Part shown: piece by piece, positions 8,358 through 17,351 of the stretch
Layout of the letters: each line of letters begins with the position of its first letter
How positions within the stretch are numbered: position 1 is the stretch's first letter
Virus record (IMG/VR): IMGVR_UViG_3300028788_000011
Location: 3,449 to 67,448 of that record
Direction: 5' to 3' (one strand)
DNA: 64,000 nt
From: a virus
Taxonomy: Duplodnaviria; Caudoviricetes
Made by a program: the position numbers and the translations under genes
The notes under the pieces: generated by a model
What the model saw: only the letters and a program-made list of their open reading frames with translations
Database searches by the model: none
What the model was told of the DNA's origin: nothing

Positions 8358-8783
8358 GTCACGGTAACAGCGTAACAGCGATTGTTACCCGTTGTTACGA
8401 AATTGTTACGAGCCTAAGTCTTTGATTTCGTTACGTTTTTCACCTCCTTTATATATACAGTTACAAAGTTACATAGATTTATATATATAGATACATATGA
8501 GGTTATGGATATTGTGTATATGACAATTATATATATGTCGTGTGATACGCATATATGTATAGGTCTCCCCGGCGATTGTTACCGTTACTTGTTACCCCTT
8601 TAAAATCAATGACTTACGTCGATGTTACCGTAACAGGGTAACAATTTTTGTAACCGATCGATTTTGATGGGCGCGGCGTAACAATTGGGTAACAGACAAT
8701 TGTTACGTTTTTTACGTTTAAAATCAATTACTTACGTGCTTGGTAACGGTTTTTCTGTGGTAACACTGCGGGGATAGAGTTAC
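8358..8783. repeat. Probable replication origin: about 21 GTAAC/GTTAC pentamers, AT-rich core and three AAATCAANNACTTA boxes
   Basis: Counted by eye; near-perfect direct repeats TTTAAAATCAAT(G/T)ACTTACGT at about 8599 and 8717 plus an inverted copy at about 8416; (TA)n tract at about 8450-8560; non-coding. Confidence 0.7.
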
Positions 8784-8866
8784 TTGCGTGGTAGTGATAT
8801 CATTATCACAAGTTGCTTCGTTGCGACACCGGCTACGGTTCATGTCACTATTACTCAAAAAAGGAC

Positions 8867-8895
8867 TTTACTTAAATTTGATTAAGGTCTATTAT
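8867..8895 (+). promoter_or_regulatory. Sigma70-like promoter TTTACT-N17-TATTAT
   Basis: Correct spacing, upstream of the rightward operon starting at 8922. Confidence 0.65.
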
Positions 8896-8921
8896 TAAAT
8901 CAAGGACTCAGGGAGAGCAAA

Positions 8922-9032
8922 ATGTACATCACCGATCACACCAAATACCGCGAATACATCGCCACCGAGTATTTCCGGCAGCACATTCTCAGTTTCCAGC
9001 AGTGGCTTCGTCGGTGTGCCAATCCGGCATAA
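8922..9032 (+). CDS. 36-aa protein MYITDHTKYREYIATEYFRQHILSFQQWLRRCANPA (not in ORF track)
   Basis: GGGAGAG RBS; first ORF after the promoter. Confidence 0.6.
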   Translation: MYITDHTKYREYIATEYFRQHILSFQQWLRRCANPA

Positions 9033-9067
9033 TCGGCATAATCCAATCAACTACCAGGAGCATCACC

Positions 9068-9457
9068 TTGAAAACATCAGCCATAGCCTGGATATTCGCA
9101 GCCGTCATGACGGTCTGGATCGGGTCGCTTGCTATTTACTTGCACCATCCGCAGCCGAACACGATTGCGTTGGCGCCGCCGATAGAGAGGCATTATGATC
9201 CGCCACGGCGGCCAGAACCTGCGAGATGGTACGCTGCCAACCAACAGCACAGTGACTGCATCGAGATCTCATTCACACCCGGCCAGTACATCGCCCACCA
9301 GCAGGACGAGAACTATACGGTGACGGTTAACGATGTCGGCGCGGCCTTGGATGTGTCCACCAGCGACGGCGGCACCATGCACTTCTTCCACGACCACGAT
9401 AGTTGTTATGCGGCGCGCATTGCCAGTCGCGTAGCGCTTGCCAATCGGTATCGGTGA
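9068..9457 (+). CDS. Membrane-anchored hypothetical protein
   Basis: CAGGAG-N7-TTG start; N-terminal TM helix. Confidence 0.65.
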   Translation: MKTSAIAWIFAAVMTVWIGSLAIYLHHPQPNTIALAPPIERHYDPPRRPEPARWYAANQQHSDCIEISFTPGQYIAHQQDENYTVTVNDVGAALDVSTSDGGTMHFFHDHDSCYAARIASRVALANRYR

Positions 9458-9711
9458 CCGCCATGAAACGAATCCCCACCAGCGCCGAGGTCTTCGCCGT
9501 CATCTGGGCGCGCCATCACCGCGAAGACCTTCGCCTATGCAGTAAGATGGTGGACAAGCCAGAAACTGGGGTGGCCACAGAGCAAACGGAGTGGGCGCTT
9601 GCCGGCGGCGCGTTCCCGCTGCTTGGCGTCAAGGTCAGCTACCAGATGCTTGACGGTGTCGAGTTAGGTATCCACCGCAGCGAGCACTTTCTCTGCGTCC
9701 ACAATTTTTAG
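9454..9711 (+). CDS. Hypothetical protein
   Basis: GTGA overlap with upstream stop. Confidence 0.55.
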   Translation: MTAMKRIPTSAEVFAVIWARHHREDLRLCSKMVDKPETGVATEQTEWALAGGAFPLLGVKVSYQMLDGVELGIHRSEHFLCVHNF

Positions 9712-9719
9712 GGGTTGAC

Positions 9720-10136
9720 ATGGTAGAACGATGCGCAGTCACCGAGGCATTAAACCGGTACCTTGCAGAGCAGGAAAAAGACGACGCCTATTCGGAGGCG
9801 ATATCGGATATCGTGACCGAGTTGACTGCGCCAAAGGGCGAATATTATCCTTTCACTTCCGAGCACATCTGCGAGGCCGTATCCGAGATGTCGAGCGCGC
9901 AGTGGCTCACGCTGGCAGGCGTTCTCCGCGACCACTTGCCTACATCATCTGGACTTCGCGATATCGTTGAAAAATACTGGACCGATGCTGCAGAGGCGGC
10001 AGCATCGGAGATTTTTAAGGCGCGCATCGAGCGCGCGCAAGAGGATGCCGCCGCCGATAAAGCCGACACCAGGGCATGGGAACGCGATCATGGCGACCTA
10101 ATTGAACAGAGTGTGAGACAGCAAAAATCAGCATGA
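9720..10136 (+). CDS. Acidic hypothetical protein
   Basis: AGGGG RBS; ATGA overlap with tnpB. Confidence 0.7.
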   Translation: MVERCAVTEALNRYLAEQEKDDAYSEAISDIVTELTAPKGEYYPFTSEHICEAVSEMSSAQWLTLAGVLRDHLPTSSGLRDIVEKYWTDAAEAAASEIFKARIERAQEDAAADKADTRAWERDHGDLIEQSVRQQKSA

Positions 10137-11185
10137 TTCAGGCACAAGTAAAACTCAGGTTAAGCGCCAATAAAGAAGCGCAGCTTAACGATTGGCTGTG
10201 GTCTTTGACTGCGGTTCATAATTTCGCCGTGCGCAAGATCGAACTTGATGCGAAGGATGGGATTTACTATACCGGCATGGTCTTTCAGAATATCCTTGCC
10301 GACCACGGGAAGAAGATCGACATACCGAGTCACACAGTACAGGGCATGTTGGCGCAGGTTCACACGGCATGGTCAAGATGCTTCAAAAAGATCGGCGGAA
10401 AGCCGAAGCTAAAAGGAATGCGCAACAAACTCAATTCAATCCCGTTCCCTGACCCCATAAAGTCGCAGGAAGGAAACCACATCAAACTGCCCGGTATCGG
10501 GTTGTTGCGCTTCCATAAGCAGGACATACCGAAAGGCAAGATCAAGTGCGGACGCATCATCAAGCGCGCTTCCGGCTGGTATCTGTGCCTGTTCATTGAT
10601 GCGGAGCGCAAACCTATCCAGCGCACGGCGGACGGCATGATCGGGATAGACCCCGGCTTTAAAGATTTAATCACCACTTCTGACGGCGAGAAGGTACCGC
10701 ACCCGAAGGAGTTGCAAGCCTCGCTAGATCGCCTAGGACAGGCACAGCGCGGCATCAATCGCAAGCAGGTAGCGAGATTGCATGAGCGCATCAAGAACCA
10801 GCGCAAAGACAGGAATCACAAGCTATCGCTGCGACTGGTGCAAGAGAATACCTTGATCGTTTTCTCGAAGGACAACATCAAGGGGATAGCAAAGAAGTTT
10901 GGGAAGAGCGTATCCAGCAGTGGGCATGCTCAACTTCGGTCAATGTTGAGTTACAAGAGCATTCAAAGCGGTACTCAATACATCGAAGTCGTTTCCCGTA
11001 ATTCCACTAGGACTTGTTCGTCATGCGGAGCTTTAACCGGGCCGCAAGGATGGGCAGGACTATCAGTAAGACATTGGGAATGTGGATGTGGAGTCCGCCA
11101 CGACAGAGACGTAAATGCTGCCGTAAACACCCTCTTGTCCGGCATGGGATGTGCCGCGAATCAGGAGTTACGCCATGTCGCATAA
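10133..11185 (+). CDS. tnpB: TnpB-family RNA-guided protein, RuvC glutamate apparently absent
   Basis: GIDPG (RuvC-I D), TCSSCG...ECGCG zinc finger, HDRDVNAAVN (RuvC-III D); RuvC-II reads IVFSKDN and the alternative-glutamate position reads VVSRNST. Confidence 0.92.
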   Translation: MIQAQVKLRLSANKEAQLNDWLWSLTAVHNFAVRKIELDAKDGIYYTGMVFQNILADHGKKIDIPSHTVQGMLAQVHTAWSRCFKKIGGKPKLKGMRNKLNSIPFPDPIKSQEGNHIKLPGIGLLRFHKQDIPKGKIKCGRIIKRASGWYLCLFIDAERKPIQRTADGMIGIDPGFKDLITTSDGEKVPHPKELQASLDRLGQAQRGINRKQVARLHERIKNQRKDRNHKLSLRLVQENTLIVFSKDNIKGIAKKFGKSVSSSGHAQLRSMLSYKSIQSGTQYIEVVSRNSTRTCSSCGALTGPQGWAGLSVRHWECGCGVRHDRDVNAAVNTLLSGMGCAANQELRHVA

Positions 11186-11194
11186 CTCCGACCG

Positions 11195-11227
11195 GAATCC
11201 CCCGGATTTATCCGTGGGGATGTTCAA
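11195..11227 (+). mobile_element. IS200/IS605 right end / omegaRNA 3' end
   Basis: GAAT-cccccgg-atttat-ccgtgggg-atgt-TCAA (GAAT guide and TCAA cleavage site as in IS608 RE); predicted RNA guide TAGCCTCTACCGCTGG follows. Confidence 0.8.
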
Positions 11228-11324
11228 TAGCCTCTACCGCTGGGCAGACCGCCACCAGACTCTGGTTCTGATCATCATCGCTGCATTAATTCTATTGGGA
11301 GGATATCTTGAACAAAATCCATGA
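11220..11324 (+). CDS. 34-aa membrane peptide MFNSLYRWADRHQTLVLIIIAALILLGGYLEQNP
   Basis: Single TM helix; ATG lies inside the IS right end. Confidence 0.45.
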   Translation: MFNSLYRWADRHQTLVLIIIAALILLGGYLEQNP

Positions 11325-11487
11325 CCTGAAACATCCTGTACTGGGGCACAAAATCGAGTGGCGCGATAAAGACCATACTGACATCCGCATCAGTATCGAA
11401 TTCGAGCGCGCGCGTTTGCGTGCGGCAGCGCCAGTTGCGGCACCATCTCCGGTTAAAAACGTGCGGTCGATTAAGGCTGCGAAATGA
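11308..11487 (+). CDS. 59-aa hypothetical protein MNKIHDLKHPVLGHKIEWRDKDHTDIR... (not in ORF track)
   Basis: GGAGGA-N4-TTG start; ATGA overlap with the next ORF. Confidence 0.6.
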   Translation: MNKIHDLKHPVLGHKIEWRDKDHTDIRISIEFERARLRAAAPVAAPSPVKNVRSIKAAK

Positions 11488-11655
11488 GTAATTTCCCAGA
11501 TGGCCCTGACCATTCCGAGATTACGGCAATTCTGCCCGTTCCGCTATTGATGCCGCTATCGTGCAGCAGGAGGAGGCTCCTCATGCCTAACCTTCTTCGC
11601 CCTCCTTTTCCTCGCGTCTTCGGCTCTACAATCCAATCCACCAAAGGAATAGATC

Positions 11656-12690
11656 ATGAGTGCAGTCATGAGTGAGTTGAAACCTTGCCCGTTTTGCGGA
11701 GGCGCAGAAGTAGTTCGCGTTGATTTTTACAAGTCGCCGCACAATTACGGAGACTCACTATCAGATTTTGTAATGTGCAATGGATGTGGATCTCATATTT
11801 CAAATATCGACTGTTTGGATTGCGAAGGCGGAAGAGATTGTGCTGAAATTTTGCATCCCGCGTTGCTCCTTATCAAAGGTGACAGCGCCAAAGTGCTGCG
11901 GACGGTTCCCGCCGAAAGCGTGGACTTGATCGTAACATCGCCACCATATGCGGACCAACGTAAAAGCACTTATGGCGGGGTTCATGCCGATCACTATGTA
12001 GAGTGGTTCATGCCAATAGCGGACGAATTGCAGCGCGTTTTGAAGCCAACAGGCTCTTTCATTTTGAATATCAAGGAACGGGTCGTTGATGGCGAACGCC
12101 ACACCTACGTGATGGAACTAATCATTGAAATGCGTAAACGTGGCTGGCTGTGGACGGAAGAATATATTTGGCACAAGCGAAATTGTTACCCTGGGAAATG
12201 GCCTAACCGCTTTCGTGACGCTTGGGAGCGATGCATTCATTTCACAAAGCAAAAGCAGTTCGCTATGTATCAAGACGCTGTAATGGTTCCAATGGGCGAT
12301 TGGAAGAATTCACGGCTCAAGGCATTAAGCGAAACCGACCGCGTGCGCGATGAATCAAAAGTTGGCAGCGGCTTTGGAAAGAAAATTGAAAACTGGATAG
12401 GTCGGGAAATGGCTTACCCGGCGAACGTATTGCACCTGGCGACAGAGTGCGGAAACAAAAAACACAGCGCGGCTTTCCCTGAAAGTTTGCCGGAATGGTT
12501 TATTAAGTTATTTACTAAGCCTGGCGATATGGTGCTTGATCCGTTTTCGGGGTCTGGTACAACGATGCGCGTTTCCCGCAACCTAGAGCGCAGTGCTATT
12601 GGCGTTGAATTGTCCGAGGAATATTGCGCTTTGACGGCAGCGGAATTAGGACTTAAAAAATTGAAGGGCGGCATTTATGACGCCCCTTAA
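11656..12690 (+). CDS. N4/N6 DNA methyltransferase (beta class) with N-terminal Lar-like zinc ribbon
   Basis: ELKPCPFCGG...CNGCG N-terminus; SPPY, HSAAFP and DPFSGSGTT motifs. Confidence 0.9.
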   Translation: MSAVMSELKPCPFCGGAEVVRVDFYKSPHNYGDSLSDFVMCNGCGSHISNIDCLDCEGGRDCAEILHPALLLIKGDSAKVLRTVPAESVDLIVTSPPYADQRKSTYGGVHADHYVEWFMPIADELQRVLKPTGSFILNIKERVVDGERHTYVMELIIEMRKRGWLWTEEYIWHKRNCYPGKWPNRFRDAWERCIHFTKQKQFAMYQDAVMVPMGDWKNSRLKALSETDRVRDESKVGSGFGKKIENWIGREMAYPANVLHLATECGNKKHSAAFPESLPEWFIKLFTKPGDMVLDPFSGSGTTMRVSRNLERSAIGVELSEEYCALTAAELGLKKLKGGIYDAP

Positions 12691-13102
12691 TCTTGATGAT
12701 ATTGTTGCCGACCTCAAAGCCGAGCAACACAATATGTTTGTGGTGAAGAAAATCATTGACGAGCGTAATGAGTACTTTGAAATGCTCCGCAGACTTGAAA
12801 CACTTCTTGCCGAAAAAGAAATAGAGTTTGACGCGCTCAAAGCCGAGCGCGAGAAGGATAAGGATAGGCTGGATTGGCTGTCTGCCATACTGCGATCTGA
12901 TAACGTAGAAGTAGGTATAGCTCTGTACGCAGGGTCAAAGCTAGTGGATACGGTTTGCAAACATTTGGTTTGGGTATCTAGTTTTTCTGGTTGCGGAATT
13001 GATAATGATTACTTCGATTTTGATGACGATTTTGGCGATGGGTTGACATTGCGAGAAGCAATCGATGCCGCAATCGCACAGCAGAAAGGCAATCATGAGT
13101 GA
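12677..13102 (+). CDS. Hypothetical coiled-coil protein
   Basis: DKDRLDWL...LREAIDAAIA pattern common in phage proteins. Confidence 0.7.
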   Translation: MTPLNLDDIVADLKAEQHNMFVVKKIIDERNEYFEMLRRLETLLAEKEIEFDALKAEREKDKDRLDWLSAILRSDNVEVGIALYAGSKLVDTVCKHLVWVSSFSGCGIDNDYFDFDDDFGDGLTLREAIDAAIAQQKGNHE

Positions 13103-13355
13103 ACCGCGTGAATGCCCGATGTGCCGCGGCGAGGAAATTTACTTTTCCGAAGGCGATACGCATCGCTGGATGAATGTTTCCTGCCATTGCGGGATTAAAT
13201 TCGAGGTTGCAAAGACCAATAGCTCGCTGCCTGCCGGGCACTCTGTGAATACTGCTGGGGCTATTGAGCAATGGAATACTCGCGCACCCGGCCCGCAACG
13301 CGGCAATATCGTCGGGCAAGATGCGTCTGGACAGAGCGCGATGGGGAATATTTGA
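13095..13355 (+). CDS. Lar-like (restriction alleviation family) zinc-ribbon protein
   Basis: RECPMCRG...CHCG...AIEQWNTRA; AGAAAGG RBS. Confidence 0.75.
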   Translation: MSEPRECPMCRGEEIYFSEGDTHRWMNVSCHCGIKFEVAKTNSSLPAGHSVNTAGAIEQWNTRAPGPQRGNIVGQDASGQSAMGNI

Positions 13356-13356
13356 A

Positions 13357-13566
13357 ATGATCTGCGAACTAAGACTAGTTTCCGATGGCGCTCGTTTTAA
13401 ATTGCTGCGTACTGGCGAATGGTTTAAGTTGGTTCGTAGAAATTTCGATAGAAACAGGATGCGCATCATCGTTAAAGGCGATAACCGAGCCGAGGGAACG
13501 CTCAATCATCAATGCCTTGTACAAGTCGATGTTAAGCCGAAGATAAAACTGAAAGGATTTAAATGA
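13357..13566 (+). CDS. Small basic hypothetical protein
   Basis: Tightly packed between neighbours. Confidence 0.55.
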   Translation: MICELRLVSDGARFKLLRTGEWFKLVRRNFDRNRMRIIVKGDNRAEGTLNHQCLVQVDVKPKIKLKGFK

Positions 13567-13874
13567 GCGAAGCACTAGAGCGAGTCATCGCAGAGCAGCA
13601 ATCGAAGATTGATAGTCTGCAAAAGGATAATGCTGCTTTGCTGGCGTCCAGCACGAAATCAGCACAAAGCAGGCATGATCGCGATACGGAATTATTTAAA
13701 GACATTGATACCCTGCTGGATTTCAAAGTTCGTCCGTATTGGAAAGACGATCAAGAAGAATCTTTTAAGAAATTTACTTCCCTGCATCACGAACTCCGCA
13801 TGCACTTGCTAGAAAATGGTTGGTGCATTCGATGTGGTGATTGGGGCCATACTTGCGGGTGCAATGATGAATAA
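13563..13874 (+). CDS. Hypothetical protein with C-terminal zinc knuckle
   Basis: AAAGGA RBS; WCIRCG...TCGC. Confidence 0.65.
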   Translation: MSEALERVIAEQQSKIDSLQKDNAALLASSTKSAQSRHDRDTELFKDIDTLLDFKVRPYWKDDQEESFKKFTSLHHELRMHLLENGWCIRCGDWGHTCGCNDE

Positions 13875-13907
13875 ATTCCCTCGCGCTCCAGATAGCGCAA
13901 AAAATGG

Positions 13908-13944
13908 TTTGCATAGGATCCAAAATTTTTGCATCCTATGCAAA
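13908..13944. terminator. Hairpin between convergent operons (probable bidirectional terminator)
   Basis: TTTGCATAGGAT / ATCCTATGCAAA perfect 12-bp arms. Confidence 0.6.
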
Positions 13945-13948
13945 TAAC

Positions 13949-14296
13949 TCAGGCGGACGCCTCAACCGAGTCGGCCACCTGATACCGATCCCGTAACCGC
14001 CAGCATTCGCGCACCAGCAGCAATATCCCCCAGCGCTGAAACACAGTATCATCCGCCGGCCAATGCCGGCACGCAGCCATGTAGCCACGGCACAGGTCTG
14101 GCGTCGGCATGCCGCGCCAGGTCGCAGTCATCCACCGCAGTAATGCAGCAGTCTCAGTGACCCACACCGAGTCAGTATTGAAATGCGCGCGTACGCTCTT
14201 GCGGATGTCGTCGCTATCGCACCCGATGACGCCATAGTGCGCCATCACAAAATTGAAGTCATCCACAAACGACTTCGGAACCACGATATCAGACAT
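13949..14296 (-). CDS. Hypothetical protein
   Basis: TGATG coupling to the primase stop. Confidence 0.6.
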   Translation of the reverse strand: MSDIVVPKSFVDDFNFVMAHYGVIGCDSDDIRKSVRAHFNTDSVWVTETAALLRWMTATWRGMPTPDLCRGYMAACRHWPADDTVFQRWGILLLVRECWRLRDRYQVADSVEASA

Positions 14297-17070
14297 CAGA
14301 ACCTCACCACGGTGTCAGTACCCGCATATTCGACGTCATCGCTGATCAGGTCATCGAGCGGGATCGAGATACAGCGCGCAACCACGCCGGAAAATTTTAC
14401 CGGGCGATCGACGCGCAGACACCCTTTTGTCCGCAAGAGAACGCCCCTCAAATCAGCTTCAAACGGCGTCCCCGCCATCAACTTCTTGAGCTCGCCTGAA
14501 TTATTTGACAGCATCAACCGCATGCCGTCAATGCGCATGCCATAGCGCGCCAGGATAGCGTGCGCGGCATCGTTTGCCATATTCATACCAAGGACTTCAT
14601 AGCCCTTGGCAGTGCGGATGAGTTCGTTCACGGTCACGTCTGCACCTGATACGCGGATGTGCGCCTCCATCAGCGCCGATATCGCGCGTTGGCCTTCATC
14701 GACCTCGTTTGACTCGCGGTGCTCTGACCAGTCGTATTTCTCGATGAGATTTGCGGCGTCCTGGTATGTGGCCAGTTCGGTGCTGATCAGCGACCACGCG
14801 CCGGCGAGCAGTGTCCCGTATTGGTCGCCGTCGCGCTGGCTACCGAATTTAGTCGCCGCGACCTCAGCGAAGACCTTGATGTTTTTCAGCGTTGTCGGCA
14901 GGAGCGTCAACGCTCTCCTAAATAGACGCCCGGGGAGGTCATCATCGGCTTGCACGTCTCTGATACGCGCCGACATCGTTTGCCAGGTAGCAGCGGGGTC
15001 GGGGTCATCGCGGCCCTTTGGCAGCAGCGACAGCACGACCACGCGCTCGATGTCTGCCTGGTACTTGATCCCGACCTGGATTGACGCCATGCAGAACATC
15101 GACCGGATATGAAATGAGAGGGCGTCGCCGCCGGCGGTGCCTTTATACGTCTTTGCCTGCATCTCTGACGATGACTGACGGGCGAGCGCGAGGATGGATT
15201 GGATACGCAGAGCCTCGCGGTCGTTATTCGACTCGGACTCATCGAACAGAACCGGCAGCGCATCGCCCTTGAGTTCCTGGCGGATACCGGCCTCTGTGCT
15301 TGACCCGACACAGAATAAATCGCATCCGTTCATAAACCAATGCACGTATTCGTTCAGCACGCTCGATTTCCCACACCCGGCGGACCCCGACAGCCAGATA
15401 TGCGGACGCCACTTGATGCCTCCGCAAACGGGGGCGAGTGCCAGCCATCCCGCGAGCAAAACCGCCGACCCCGGTCGCGTCCACCGGAAGATGCTGGCGA
15501 GTTCGAGCACGCGCTTGCCGTCGGCGTCAGTCATCGGCGTCGTCGCCATGTCCGGCAACGACTTGTTGAGCTCATAGACGTATTTCGAATCGAGTTCAGT
15601 GATGTCCGTATCCACGCCATCGACAGTGAGGTGTCCGCCGTGGTGGTACACGATCCGGCCCCTGTCTGTCCACGCCCCACGCCCGCGAATACGCGAGATA
15701 TCGTAGATGCCACGCTGATGCGCCAACCGCACCAGCACGTCCATGGCGGACCGCTTGTCGATGCCGCCCTTGGCACCACCGCTGAAATGCGACTCCCACC
15801 ACAGCAGCGGCGCGAGTTCGATCAACCCGCCATCGCTGAAATCACCCTTGGTGTAGATGACGATCTGGCGCTTTTTGTGGTTGAAAATGAAATATCGCTC
15901 ATGGTCATAGCCCAACATCGAAAAAAACATGTTTGCGCGCACTGTCGGCGGGATGCCGTCGTCGTCGACTGGCAGCGGCGCGTTCTCTGGTGCGCCGGCG
16001 ATATCTTCCAGCCCGACTAAGTGTAGATGTGGCGCCGCGTCCGGTTCCTTCACGGCGGGATCAAACGGTGCCGCGAATTCGGCGCGCACGGCGTCGGCGC
16101 CGCGCAGAGCCGCGAGGTCATTGAAATCGGTAGGTTTGAAGTCGGCTGTGCAGTCGGCTTCGACGAACGGCGGGACCGCGAGCAGGCCCTCGACGGCGAT
16201 CGCCGCCGCCCTGGCATCAGTGAGGCCAGGGTTATCGACCGGCGCCGTGGTCCATTGATCGTTGTCGGCGGCGACGATAATGCGATGGCCTGGGAACTTG
16301 GCGCGCAGGATCCGTGCGACGTGGATGAGATTGCCACGGTCAAAGCAGACTACCACGGCATGCCCTGTTGCCTCGTGGATTGTCGCGCAAGTCGCGTAAC
16401 CCTCCCCGAGTACGAACGTCTTGTCGACGGGCTTCCCGATCGTGAAGAATAGCCCCTGCTTGCGGCCGCCGGACAGGAAATCCTTGTCACGGCCAAGGAT
16501 ATTTGATTTGTCAGCGAAAACAGCTTGCACGCTCCAGACCTTCTTGTCGATGTCGCGCAGCGGTATCAGGAGCGCGGTCTCGGAGACGATGGTGACTTCG
16601 CCGGTGTCGGGATTGGTGACCGGCCACGCCCCAATGCGTATGCCATGCGCCTTGACGGCCTTGCGCGCAAGATATGGATGCTCTGCAGCTGGTTTTGACG
16701 CGTCGATAAGTGCTACGGCACGGACACAGGAATTGGCGTGACGCTGGGCCTCTTCTGCGGCTTTGCGCGCCCGCGTCTCTGCCATCTTGGCGGCGAAGGC
16801 GCGGCGTTCTTCTGTCGTCAGCGGCGCCCGGTCTTCCTGCAGGCTCCACTTGAACTTGACCTTTTCACCGAATCGCTTATTGCACCCAAACGAGCCGGCA
16901 GGCGTGGAGTCGATGAAGAGAATTGCCCAAGCGTTTTTGCTTCCCTTGCGGTCATCCTGGACGTGGTACCTGTGAATTTTTCCGTCTGCGATGATGTCGT
17001 CATCAACGAGGATGTCTGCTTCCGCCATCGCGGTCCTGAACTGAGCGATGATGTCTTGTTCAGATGCCAT
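14296..17070 (-). CDS. Primase-helicase (TOPRIM primase fused to a C-terminal P-loop helicase)
   Basis: VLGEGYAT, AADND and TDFNDL TOPRIM motifs; GSAGCGKS Walker A; LFDESE Walker B. Confidence 0.9.
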   Translation of the reverse strand: MASEQDIIAQFRTAMAEADILVDDDIIADGKIHRYHVQDDRKGSKNAWAILFIDSTPAGSFGCNKRFGEKVKFKWSLQEDRAPLTTEERRAFAAKMAETRARKAAEEAQRHANSCVRAVALIDASKPAAEHPYLARKAVKAHGIRIGAWPVTNPDTGEVTIVSETALLIPLRDIDKKVWSVQAVFADKSNILGRDKDFLSGGRKQGLFFTIGKPVDKTFVLGEGYATCATIHEATGHAVVVCFDRGNLIHVARILRAKFPGHRIIVAADNDQWTTAPVDNPGLTDARAAAIAVEGLLAVPPFVEADCTADFKPTDFNDLAALRGADAVRAEFAAPFDPAVKEPDAAPHLHLVGLEDIAGAPENAPLPVDDDGIPPTVRANMFFSMLGYDHERYFIFNHKKRQIVIYTKGDFSDGGLIELAPLLWWESHFSGGAKGGIDKRSAMDVLVRLAHQRGIYDISRIRGRGAWTDRGRIVYHHGGHLTVDGVDTDITELDSKYVYELNKSLPDMATTPMTDADGKRVLELASIFRWTRPGSAVLLAGWLALAPVCGGIKWRPHIWLSGSAGCGKSSVLNEYVHWFMNGCDLFCVGSSTEAGIRQELKGDALPVLFDESESNNDREALRIQSILALARQSSSEMQAKTYKGTAGGDALSFHIRSMFCMASIQVGIKYQADIERVVVLSLLPKGRDDPDPAATWQTMSARIRDVQADDDLPGRLFRRALTLLPTTLKNIKVFAEVAATKFGSQRDGDQYGTLLAGAWSLISTELATYQDAANLIEKYDWSEHRESNEVDEGQRAISALMEAHIRVSGADVTVNELIRTAKGYEVLGMNMANDAAHAILARYGMRIDGMRLMLSNNSGELKKLMAGTPFEADLRGVLLRTKGCLRVDRPVKFSGVVARCISIPLDDLISDDVEYAGTDTVVRF

Positions 17071-17351
17071 GTGTGGCACCATTATTATTTTTTGTCATGC
17101 ACGACCCTCTGCGGTGGCTAGTGGCTGCAAAAAAACAGGGGGGGGACAGGTGTCGGCAGTCGACACTTTTCGATTGCAAGCCTAGTCTCCCCTCGCCATG
17201 TTGTCGGAAACGAATGGCAACATTAACGGATAGAATTTTACTCGCGAATTGTTGTTGGACGTGTATATTTTTGAGTAATTTTTTGCTTGTCTGTGCGCAA
17301 ACGCACACAGTATTGACAAAAAAATTAGGGAATTATATAGATGACTCCCTT

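Noticed and set aside
8358-8783. Possible CRISPR array
   Set aside because: Repeats are 5-mers with irregular spacing and mixed orientation; no constant 25-45-bp repeat and no cas genes
11228-11247. Self-target of the first TnpB guide elsewhere in the window
   Set aside because: No second match noticed by eye; needs a computational search of phage and host genomes
11484-11675. 63-aa ORF upstream of the second MTase
   Set aside because: Could be real (overlap coupling, internal AGGAGG) but no motif support; left uncalled
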